64,000 nt of DNA from an uncultured Candidatus Rokubacteria bacterium (lineage in GTDB: Bacteria; Methylomirabilota; Methylomirabilia; Rokubacteriales; CSP1-6). The DNA is taken from assembly GCA_963747235.1 (NCBI GenBank), contig CAVVEU010000040.1, forward strand, positions 96,001 through 160,000, in the 5' to 3' direction. Of the stretch, positions 11,697 to 21,500 are shown piece after piece. The stretch's first letter is position 1; each line of letters opens with the position of its first letter. The position numbers and the translations under genes are program-made. A model generated the notes under the pieces. The model was not told the DNA's origin. It ran no database searches and saw only the letters and a program-made list of their open reading frames with translations.

Positions 11697-13348
11697 TCAG
11701 AAGATGATCGGCTCTCGATAGAGGCCGAACACCCGGCGATACACGTCGGCGATCTCGCCGAGCGAGACGTAGTCCTTCACGGCGTCCACCAGCACCGGCA
11801 TGACGTTCCGGTTCTCCCGGCAGGCGGCCGTGAGCTGCTGCAGGCGCTTCTCGACCCGCGCCGCGTCGCGCGAGGCCTTGACGCGCCCCACCCGCTCGAC
11901 CTGCTCCTGCTCGATCGCGGGGTCGATGCGGAGGTACTCCACGTGCTTCTCGTCGGGCATGACGTACTTGTTGACGCCCACCACCGCCTTCTGCCCGCGG
12001 TCGTCCATGAGCTGGTAGCGGTAGGCCGCGTCCGCGATCTCCTGCTGCGGGTAGCCGATGTCGATGGCCCGCACGATGCCGCCCAGCTCGTCGATCTTGC
12101 GGATGTAGTCCATCGCCTGCGCTTCCATCTGATCGGTCAGCCGCTCCAGGAAGTAGGAGCCGCCCAGCGGATCCGCGGTCAGCGGCGACCCCGGTCTCCT
12201 CGGCGATGATCTGCTGGGTGCGCAGCGCCACCGTCACCGCTTCCTCGGTGGGCAGGGCCAGCACCTCGTCGTAGGAGTTGGTGTGGAGCGACTGGGCCCC
12301 GCCCAGCACCGCGGCGAGCGCCTGCAGCGCCACCCGCGCCACGTTGTTGAGCGGCTGCTGGGCGGTGGCGGAGACCCCCGCGGTCTGGGTGTGGGTGCGC
12401 AGCCGCATCGACTCCGGCTTGCGCGCCCGGAACCGGTCCCGCATCACGGTGGCCCAGATGCGCCGGGCCGCCCGCAGCTTGGCGATCTCCTCGAAGAAGT
12501 CGTTGTGGATGTCGAAGAAGAACGACAGGCGCGGCGCGAAGTCGTCCACGTCGAGCCCGCGCTCGATCCCCGCCTGCACGTAGCCGAAGCCGTCGGCCAG
12601 GGTGAAGGCCAGCTCCTGCACCGCGGTCGAGCCGGCCTCGCGGATGTGGTAGCCGGAGATGGACACCGGGTTGAAGCGCGGCACGTGGGCGCTGCAGAAC
12701 TCGATGGTGTCCACCACCAGCCGCACCGCGGACTCGGGCGGCGAGATCCACTCCTTCTGGGCGATGAACTCCTTCAGCATGTCGTTCTGCATGGTGCCGC
12801 CCAGCTTGTCCCAGCTCACCCCCTGCTTGTCGGCCAGCGCCAGGTACATGGCGAGCGCCACCGACGCGGTGCAGTTGATGGTCATGGACGTCGTGACCTT
12901 GTCCAGCGGAATATCCCGGAACAGGATCTCGAAGTCGGCGAGCGTGGAGATGGACACGCCCTCGCGGCCGACCTCGCCGCGCGCGCGCGGGTGGTCGGCG
13001 TCGTAGCCCATCAGCGCGGGCATGTCGAAGGCGGTGGAGAGGCCGGTCTGCCCCTGCTCGAGGAGGTACTTGAAGCGGGCGTTGGTGTCCTCGGGCCGGC
13101 CGAACCCGGCGAACATCCGCATCGTCCAGAGCCGCCCGCGGTACATGGACGGGTACGGCCCGCGCGTGTACGGGAACTCGCCCGGGTAGCCCAGCTTGTC
13201 CTCGTAGCGCCAGCCCTTGAGGTCCTCCGGCGTGTAGAGCGACTGCACCGGGATGCCGGAGAGCGTCTCGTAGGGCACGTCGCGCTCGGGCGTCCGCTCG
13301 ACGAACGGCCCGTAGCTCTCCTCTTCCCACCGCTCCTTGGTCGGCCAC
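11697..13348 (-). CDS. icmA: B12-dependent acyl-CoA mutase large subunit with isobutyryl-CoA mutase-type residues; frameshifted
   Basis: [61 protein letters not shown]. Phe and Gln occupy the positions of MCM Tyr89 and Arg207. Confidence 0.8.
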
Positions 13349-13360
13349 GACTCGTCCTCC

Positions 13361-14519
13361 TCAGGCCACCCGGGCGACGCCGGCAAGCAGGTGACGGGCG
13401 ATGACGAGCTTCTGGATCTGCGAGGTGCCCTCGTAGATCTGGGTGATCTTCGCGTCGCGGAAGTACCGCTCGACCTGGTACTCCTTGATGAAGCCGTAGC
13501 CGCCGTGCACCTGGATCGCGTCGGTGGTGACGCGCATCGCGGTCTCGGCCGCGAAGAGCTTGGCCATCGCCGCCTCCGGCCCGTAGGGCGCGCCCGAGTC
13601 CTTGCGCCAGGCCGCGCGCAGCGTGAGCAGGCGGGCCGCCTCGATCGCGGTCGCCATGTCGGCCAGCATCCACTGCACCATCTGGTGCTGGCCGATGGGC
13701 ACGCCGAAGCTCTTGCGCTCGCGCGCGTAGGCCGCCGCCGCCTCGTAGGCGGCCACCGCGATGCCCACCGCCTGCGCGGCGATGCCGATGCGCCCGCCGT
13801 CGAGCGTCGCCGAGCGCGATCTTGAACCCCTGCCCCACCTCGCCCAGCCGGTTGGCCGCGGGCACCCGGCAGCGCTCGAAGAGCAGCTCGGCGGTGTCCG
13901 AGGCGCGGATGCCGAGCTTGTCCTCGGTCTTGACCACCGTGAAGCCCGGCGTGCCCTTCTCGACCAGGAAGGCGCTGATGCCGCGATGCCCGGCCGCCCG
14001 ATCGGTCTGCGCGAAGACGAGGGCGGCCGAGGCCTCGCGGCCGTTGGTCACGAAGATCTTCCGCCCGTCGAGCACGTACCCGTCGCCGTCCCGCGCCGCG
14101 AGCGTGCTCTGGTTGCTCGCGTCCGAGCCCGCCTCCGGCTCGGTCAGCGCGAAGCAGCCGAGCTTCCGCCCGGCCGCGAAGGGCGTCAGGAAGCGCGCCT
14201 TCTGCTCCTCGGTGCCGTGCTTGCACACCGGATCGCAGTAGAGCGAGTTGTTCACCGACATGATGACCGCGTGGGACGCGCAGGCCCGGGCCAGCTCCTC
14301 GACGGCCAGGACGTAGCCGACGGTGTCGCCGCCGCTGCCCCCGTACGCCTCCGGCACCGCGATGCCCATCAGGCCCAGCTCGGCCATGCGGGCGACGGTC
14401 TCCCGGGGGAAGCGGGCCTCGCGGTCGATGGCCGCCGCGATCGGGCGCACCTCTTTCTCCGCGAAGTCGCGGGTGAGGTCCCGGATCATCGCCTGCTCTT
14501 CCGTGAGGTCGAGGTTCAA
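13361..14519 (-). CDS. Acyl-CoA dehydrogenase (short-chain/butyryl-CoA type); frameshifted
   Basis: [38 protein letters not shown]. Confidence 0.92.
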
Positions 14520-14531
14520 GCTTTGCCTTTG

Positions 14532-15518
14532 CTATTTTTCGAGCAGCTGCTTGAATTCTTTCGTGAGCAGGGGGGCGACTTCGAAGAGGTCGCCGACGAT
14601 GCCGTAGTCGGCGATCTTGAAGATCGGCGCTTCGGGATCCTTGTTGATCGCGCAGATCACCTTCGACGTGCGCATGCCGGCCAGGTGCTGGATCGCGCCC
14701 GAGATGCCGAAGCCCAGGTAGAGCTTGGGCGAGATCGTCCGGCCGGTCTGGCCGATCTGGAAGCGGTGCGGCCGCCAGCCCGCGTCCACCGCGGCGCGCG
14801 AGGCGCCGACCGCCGCCCCCATCACCTTGGCGAGCTCTTCCAGGATGACGAAGTTCTCCGGGCCCTTGAGGCCGCGGCCACCCGAGACGACGATGTCCGC
14901 CTCGCTCAGCTCGGGCAGGCCCGTGGAGGCCTCCTGCTTGCGCTCGACCAGCTTCATGCTCTCGGCCGGGATGCTGGCGGTGGGCTTCTCCACCGTCGCG
15001 GCGCCGCCCGCGCCGTCGCCGGGACGGAACACGTTCGGGCGCAGCGTCGCCATCCACGGCGTCTTCGCCCACGTCATCTTCGCGAGCAGCTTGCCCGCGT
15101 AGACCGGCCGCGTCGCCACCAGCTTGCCGCCCTCGGCCGCGAGCACGGTGGAGTCGGCGGCGAGCCCCGCGCCCAGACGCGCGGCCAGCCGGGCCATGAA
15201 CTCGCGCTGCCGCGTGGTCACCGGCGCGAAGATGGCCTGCGGCGCCTCCTTGCCGGCCAGCTCCGCCACGACCGGCGTCCAGACTTCAGCCCGGTACGGC
15301 GCGAACGCCGCGTTCTCGAAGAGCCAGACGCGCTTGGCGCCCCACTCGCCGAGCTGCGTGAGCCCCTCGGGCGTGGCCTTGTCCGTCACCCACACCGCCT
15401 CGGCCTGCGCCCCCGCCGCGCCGGCCAGGCGCGCGGCCTCGCCCAGCACCTCGGCCATCACCTTCTTGGGTGCGCCCTGCCGATCGTCTTCCACCATGCT
15501 CCAGTACGCGCCTGGCAT
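14532..15518 (-). CDS. etfA: Electron transfer flavoprotein alpha subunit
   Basis: [46 protein letters not shown]. Confidence 0.95.
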   Translation of the reverse strand: MPGAYWSMVEDDRQGAPKKVMAEVLGEAARLAGAAGAQAEAVWVTDKATPEGLTQLGEWGAKRVWLFENAAFAPYRAEVWTPVVAELAGKEAPQAIFAPVTTRQREFMARLAARLGAGLAADSTVLAAEGGKLVATRPVYAGKLLAKMTWAKTPWMATLRPNVFRPGDGAGGAATVEKPTASIPAESMKLVERKQEASTGLPELSEADIVVSGGRGLKGPENFVILEELAKVMGAAVGASRAAVDAGWRPHRFQIGQTGRTISPKLYLGFGISGAIQHLAGMRTSKVICAINKDPEAPIFKIADYGIVGDLFEVAPLLTKEFKQLLEK

Positions 15519-15541
15519 GTCGTCCTCTCTGTGTCGTTGAC

Positions 15542-15623
15542 TACCGTTTACGTTCTTCAAGCTCTTCAGCTGCGGGGGCCCAGAAATGGCCCCCGCACTC
15601 CCCCAGTCTGGCGGACAACCGTT
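15542..15623. repeat. Dispersed ~82-bp palindromic repeat, copy 1 (etfB-etfA intergenic)
   Basis: Hairpin TGCGGGGGCC-CAGAAAT-GGCCCCCGCA; 15571-15607 (37 nt) is identical to the reverse complement of 35324-35360. Confidence 0.85.
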
Positions 15624-15648
15624 CTAGTCTTTGTTCGTTAGATCGCTT

Positions 15649-16428
15649 TCAGATGGCCTTGGCGTCTTCTCGCAGGGCGCGGACGAGTTCTTTGGCCGCG
15701 GCCGCGGGCTCGCCCTGGATGATGCGGCCGGGCGGGCGCGGCGGCAGGCTCTCGAGCTTGACGACGCTGAGCGCGGGCGGCTCGGCGGCGAGACCGAGAT
15801 CGGCCGCCTTGACGTCCTTGATCTCCTTCTTCTTGGCGCCCATGATCCCCTTCAGCGTGGGATAGCGCGGCTCGTTGAGCCCCTTCTGCGCGGAGGCCAC
15901 CGCGGGCAGCGGCAGGTCGAAGATCTCGAGCCCGCCCTCCATCTGACGCCCCACCCGGATGGTCTTGCCGCCTTCGTCCACCGCCTCCTCCATGATCCAG
16001 GAGGCGCACGGCCAGCCCAGCAGCTCGGCGACCTGCGCGGCCACCGCGCCCATGTCGTCGTCGATGGCCTGCCGGCCGAAGAGCGCCAGCCCGGGCGCTT
16101 CCTGCTTGATCACGCCGGCGAGCGCGCGCGCGGTCGTCAGCGTGTCGGCCTCCGCCCAGGCGGGATCGTTCAGGTGGATGGCGCGATCGGCGCCCATGGC
16201 CAGGCACGAGCGCAGCGCCTCCTTGCCGCGGTCGGGGCCGAGCGAGACGGCGACCACCTCGCCCTGCCCGCGCTTCTCCTTGATCCGGAGCGCCTCCTCC
16301 AGCGCGAACTCGTCGTACGGGGAGACGATCCAGGTGATGCCCGTGGTGTCGATGGCGCGCCCGTCGGCCGCGATCTTCACCTGCGTGGCCGTGTCCGGAA
16401 CCTGCTTGATCATGACGAGGATCTTCAT
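15649..16428 (-). CDS. etfB: Electron transfer flavoprotein beta subunit
   Basis: KQVPDT, PYDEFALEEAL, LAMGADRA, GRQAIDDD, NEPRYPTL. Confidence 0.95.
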   Translation of the reverse strand: MKILVMIKQVPDTATQVKIAADGRAIDTTGITWIVSPYDEFALEEALRIKEKRGQGEVVAVSLGPDRGKEALRSCLAMGADRAIHLNDPAWAEADTLTTARALAGVIKQEAPGLALFGRQAIDDDMGAVAAQVAELLGWPCASWIMEEAVDEGGKTIRVGRQMEGGLEIFDLPLPAVASAQKGLNEPRYPTLKGIMGAKKKEIKDVKAADLGLAAEPPALSVVKLESLPPRPPGRIIQGEPAAAAKELVRALREDAKAI

Positions 16429-16512
16429 GCGCGGAGGCCCTTTCTGCCTTGAAGCTCTTTCATAGCGGTTGAACTTGGAGGACTTCGGTTTGGCGGTTGG
16501 GCTCCTTCGCGC

Positions 16513-17326
16513 TTAGGCGCTCATCCGAACTGCTTCGCGTGAGGCGATTGACCGTGATTGGACCCGTGGCGATTGGACTCGCGTCGTCGTGCTGGTGGCC
16601 GTGGTGGTGTCGTATTGCAGGTTGCGGGTGATGCGGAAGCGGTCGCCGGGGATGAAGACGCGGTCGTAGACGATCGGGGTGCCCGTCGGCGCCCACCGAG
16701 ACGCGGTCGGAGCGGAAGGCGGCGATGCCGGGGCGGCAGCCCAGCTCGCGGGCGGCGCGGCGATCGAGGGGCACCGCGGAGACGGTCTCGCGGGCGGCCG
16801 TGATCTCGATGCCGAGCTTGAAGGTCAGCACCTGGCGGAGCGGCGTCACCGCCAGGTCGGCGCGCGAGACTTCCGCGCCCAGCGCGGCGGGCAGGTACGA
16901 GGCCTGGAAGCTCACCGGCTCGCCGTCCACGAGCCGGAGGCGCTCGAGCACGAACACCTCCGCGTGCTCCGCCAGTCCGAGCGCCTCGGCCACCCGCCGG
17001 TCGGCGGGCTCGAAGCGGCTCCGGAGGAACCGCGTCGCCACGTCCTCGCCCAGCGCCGAGAGGTCCCCGGCGAGCGCGCGAAGCTGCAGGATGTCGTAGT
17101 CGATGGCGGGCCGCGCGACGAAGGTGCCGAGGCCGTGCCGGCGGGCGATGAGGCCGTCGCGCTCGAGCAGATCGAGCGCCTGGCGGAGCGTCATGAGCGT
17201 GACCCCGAACTCGCGCGCGAGGCTGCGCTGGTTGTCGAGGCGCTCGCCCGGCCCCTGGCCCGAGGTGGCGATCCGCTCGCGAAGCGTCTGAGCGATCTGG
17301 TGATACCGCGGCACGCGACTCGCCAA
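16513..17326 (-). CDS. GntR (HutC/UTRA subfamily) transcriptional regulator; frameshifted near the C-terminus
   Basis: w[17 protein letters not shown]...[16 protein letters not shown]...RRHGLGTFV plus a UTRA-like [12 protein letters not shown] domain; TAA at 16513. Confidence 0.88.
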
Positions 17327-17439
17327 GTGAGCCCCCACGCTCGGTGTTCTAGAACTCCTGCGGTCGCTCAACTTCCTCGTCGAGCATTCAGAACGGGATT
17401 CACTCAGGCCACGACAGGCAGTTACTGCGACCGGCGCCC

Positions 17440-17469
17440 ATTGTAACCGGGCCGGGCGCGCGGGGTCAA
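17440..17469 (-). promoter_or_regulatory. Sigma70-type promoter of the GntR-etf-mutase operon
   Basis: Minus strand reads TTGACC-N18-TACAAT. Confidence 0.6.
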
Positions 17470-17484
17470 TGGGCCCCGGCCGGG

Positions 17485-18560
17485 CTAGGCGGGGGCCTCG
17501 GCACTCATGCGCTGGGAGAACGTCACCAGCGCGTGGAGCTTGGCGGCGGCGGCGCCCGAGTCGATCGACTGGGCGGCCAGCGCCACGCCCTCCTTGAAGT
17601 CGCGCGCCTTGGCGCCCACCACCAGCGCCGCCGCCGCGTTCATCAGCACGATGTCGCGGCGCGGCCCCGGCTCGCCCCCGAGCACGCGCCGGATGATGTC
17701 GGCGTTCTCCTGCCGGTCGCCCCCCTGCAGGTCGCCGATGGCCGCCCGCGGCATGCCGAAGTCCTCCGGGCCGCACGCGGCTGGTCCGCACCACGCCCTC
17801 GTGCACCTCCGCGATGTGGCTCTCGCCGGTGTTCGAGATCTCGTCGAGCCCGTCGGCGCCGTGGACGACGAAGGCCCGGATCGTCCCCAGCTCGGCCAGC
17901 GCGCGGGCGAGCAGCTCGGTGAGCGCGGCCGCGTACACCCCGATCACCTGGGCGTTGGCCCCCGCGGGATTGGTGAGCGGCCCGAGCATGTTGAAGACGG
18001 TGCGCACGCCCATCTCGCGGCGCGCCGCCATCACGTGCTTCATGGCGGTGTGCAGCAGCGGCGCGTAGAGGAAGCCGATCCCGACCTCGTCCACGCAGCG
18101 CGCCACCTTCGGCGGGCTCAGCTCGATGTTGATCCCGAGCGCCTCCACCACGTCGGCGGACCCGCAGAGCGAGGAGACCGAGCGGTTGCCGTGCTTGGCC
18201 ACCTTGACCCCCGCCCCCGCCGCCACGAACGCGGTCGCGGTCGACACGTTGAAGGTGCCGGACGCGTCGCCCCCGGTGCCCGCAGGTGTCGATCAGCATC
18301 TCGCGGTCGGTGCCGGTCTGAGCCAGATCCGCGCCGCTGGCGCGGACTTTCACCACCTTCTGCCGCATCACCTGGGCGAAGCCGATCAGCTCCTCGACGG
18401 TCTCGCCCTTCATGCGCAGCGCGGTGAGGAACGCGGCGATCTGGGCGTTGGTGGCCGCGCCCGACATGATGGCTTCCATCGCGGCCGCCGCCTCGATCCG
18501 GGTGAGGTCACGCCGGTCCACGAGCGCGCGCACCGCTTCGGTGATGATGGGGCTGGTCAC
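17485..18560 (-). CDS. trpD: Anthranilate phosphoribosyltransferase; frameshifted
   Basis: DTCG(T)GGD...[39 protein letters not shown]. Confidence 0.95.
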
Positions 18561-21500
18561 GGGCGGCTCTTCGGCGCGGCCGGACGGACGCCAGCGCGCG
18601 CAGGATGTCCTGGATCTGCAGCGGCTTGGCCAGGACCAGGTCCACGCCGTGCGTGGGCAGATCCTCCGGCGCCACTTCGACCCCGAATCCGCTCATCATC
18701 ACCACCGGCACCTCCGGCGCCCGGTCCTTGACCGCGCGCGCGACCTGCCAGCCCGTCATGCCGGGCATCGCCAGGTCCGTGAACACCACGTCGAACCGCT
18801 CGGCGCCGAGTCGGTCCACGGCCTCCTTGCCGCTCCGCACGGTCACCGCGCTGTGCCCGGCGGTGGTCAGGATGTCCGCGACCACCTCGCCCACCTCCTG
18901 CTCGTCGTCCACCACCAGGCAGTGCAGCGAGACCAGCGCGCCGGGCACCGCCGCGAGCGGCGGGGCGACGGCCGCCGCCGGCCCGCGGTCACGGCGGGGA
19001 ACAGGAGGCGGAAGGTCGTGCCGTGCCCCTCTTCGCTCTCGACCGTGATCCGCCCGTTGTGGCGCTGGAGGATACCATAGGCCATCGAGAGGCCGAGGCC
19101 GGTGCCCTTCGGCCCCTTGGTCGTGAAGAACGGGTCGAAGATCTTCTCCCGGATGTGCTCGGGAATGCCCGTCCCGGTGTCGCGCACCTCGACCTCCACC
19201 TGGCCGTCGGCCACCCGGGTGCGCAGGGTGAGGGTGCCGCCCTTCGGCATCGCGTCGACCGCGTTGAGCACCAGGTTGGTGAAGGCCTCGCGCAGCTCGG
19301 CCGGATCGCCCGCCACCGGCGGCAGCCCCTCGGCCAGATCGGTCTCCACGTGAATCTGGGCGTCGTCGCTCCGACGCCGATCCTGCCGCCAGGCGGACTC
19401 GGTGGTCTCGAGGACCTGCTGGACGATCTGGTTGAGGTCCACGTCCACCGCGGGCTGGTCGCGCCGGATGCCCGTGAAGTCCTGCAGCCGGCGCACGGTG
19501 CGGGCGCCGTCCATGGCCGCGCGCTCGATGACCTTGAGCCACTGGCGCAGCTTGACGTCCTGCACGCGCTCGAGCAGGAGCTGCGCGCGGCCCAGGATGG
19601 AGGCGAGCAGGTTGTTGAAGTCGTGGGCCACGCCCGACGCCATCTCGCCGAGCGCGCGGAGCTTCTCGGTGCGCACGAGCTGGTCCTGGGCGGCGCCCAG
19701 CTCGCCGAGGGCGCGCGTGCGCTCCTCGTACAGGCGCGCGCTGCGGAGCATGAGGGCGACGAGCTGGGCGATGTTGACGAGGAGGCGCTCGTCGCCTTCG
19801 GTGAACGCGCGGTCGGGGCTGCGCAGGGACAGCAGCCCGATCACGCGGTCGCCCGCGGTCATGGGCACGACGAGGGCGTGCGGCATGTCCATGGCGTTGG
19901 GGACCGGCGCCACGCCCAGCCGCCGGCACTCGCCGAGGTAGTCCGCGGTCCGGATCGGCCGGCCGCTGCTGAGCACGAGTCCGGAGAGCCCGGCCTGGGA
20001 GCGCGGGTAGGCGCGCGGCTCGTCCTCGTCGCAGCGGCGCCCGTCCCGCACGCGCAGCACGACCTCCAGCCGATCGTGCTCCTCGTCCAGCAACACCACC
20101 GCCATGTGCCGGACGTCCAGGACGCGCGGCACCTGCTGATGCAGCGAGTCCAGGATGCCGGCCTGGTCGAGCTGGCCGGTGACCGAGCGCGACAGCTCGT
20201 GGAGCACCGACAGCTCCTGCACCCGGCGCTGGTTGTCCTGGAAGAGCCGCGCGTTCTGCAGGGCCACGCCGGCCTGGCTCGCGACCGCCTCCATCAGCCG
20301 GCGCTCGGCGTCCGAGAGCTCGCGGGCCTTGTCCCACCAGTTGGCGGTGAAGCCGCCGATCATCTGCTCCTGGGCGAAGATCGGGACGAACAGGTGCGTG
20401 CGCACCGGCGCGCTCTGGCGGATCTCCTCGGGGATGCGGGGATCGGTGCCGCCGTCGGTGGAGATGACGGAGTGGCGCTGCTCGGCCGCCTCGCGATAGA
20501 ACGCGTGCTCCCGGATCGAGAGACGCAGGCCGCGGAGCGCCTCGAGGCGATCCGGGGGAACGTGGTAGCCCGCGAGCGGCGCCATCCACTCCCCGTCGTC
20601 CTGCAGCAGCCACATGCCCGCGCTGTCGGCGCCGAGGCCGCGCGCCACGAGGCGCAGGAACTGGCGCGCCAGGGTCTCCATGTCGAGGGTCGAGGCGAGC
20701 GTCTGGCTCACCGACAGGAGCGTCTCCGTCTCCTGGAGCTTCACCTCGGTCTGCCGGCCCAGCTCCGCGTTCTCCATGCCGAGGCCGACCTGGGCGGCCA
20801 CGCCCTCGAGGAGCCGCAGCTCCGACTCGCCGAACTCGCGCCCGGTCTGCCACCACACCAGGAACAGCGCCCCGACCGGCTCGCCCCGCACCGTGGTGGG
20901 AGCGAAGAGCACGGAGTGCGCGCCGATGTCCTCGATCAACCGAAGGTCGAAGCGCGCGTCCGCTCTCGCGTCCGAGGACCACGCGGCCCGCCCCTCGCGC
21001 CAGACCTGGGCCAGGGCGGGAAACTCCGCGAGGGCGAAGGGGCGGGTCAGGAAATGCTCGAGCAGATGCTTGGGCACGTGATAGCCCGCGGTGGGCACGA
21101 GCGACTGGTGCTCGCGGTCGAGGCCGTAGATCCCGACCATGTCGGCGCCGAAGGCGTGGGCCACCTCACGCGCGACCGTGCGCATGACGTGGGCGGTGGG
21201 CTCCGGCTGGGAGAGCGCGCGGCCGACGGACAGCAGGGCCGTCGTCTCCCGCAGGCGCTCCTGCACCTGGGTATAGAGCTGGGTGTTGGCCAGCGAGAGC
21301 GCGAGCTGGCCCGCGATGGCCATGGCCAGATCCACCTGCCAGGGCTCGAAGGGCGTCGGCCGCTCGGTGTGATCGAGCGCCATGACCCCGATCACCTCGC
21401 CCTGGCGGATCAGCGGGACGGCCATGGTCGACTTCGCATGGAAGAGCTCGACCCACTCCGGCGAGATCAGGTCGCTCGTGGCGGTGTCCGGCACGATCAC

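Noticed and set aside
10615-15072. 1,485-aa ORF apparently fusing the mutase and IlvE
   Set aside because: Artefact of indels and open GC-rich frames; icmA has its own stop (11697) and ilvE its own RBS and ATG (11682).
16513-16600. Short degenerate repeats (GTCCAATCGCCACGG-like) at the GntR 3' end
   Set aside because: Two to three imperfect copies in a low-complexity protein tail; no spacer structure.
17326-17435. Cobalamin riboswitch upstream of the B12-mutase operon
   Set aside because: No B12-box or AGGGAA/GCCACTG consensus elements are visible, and the leader is short.
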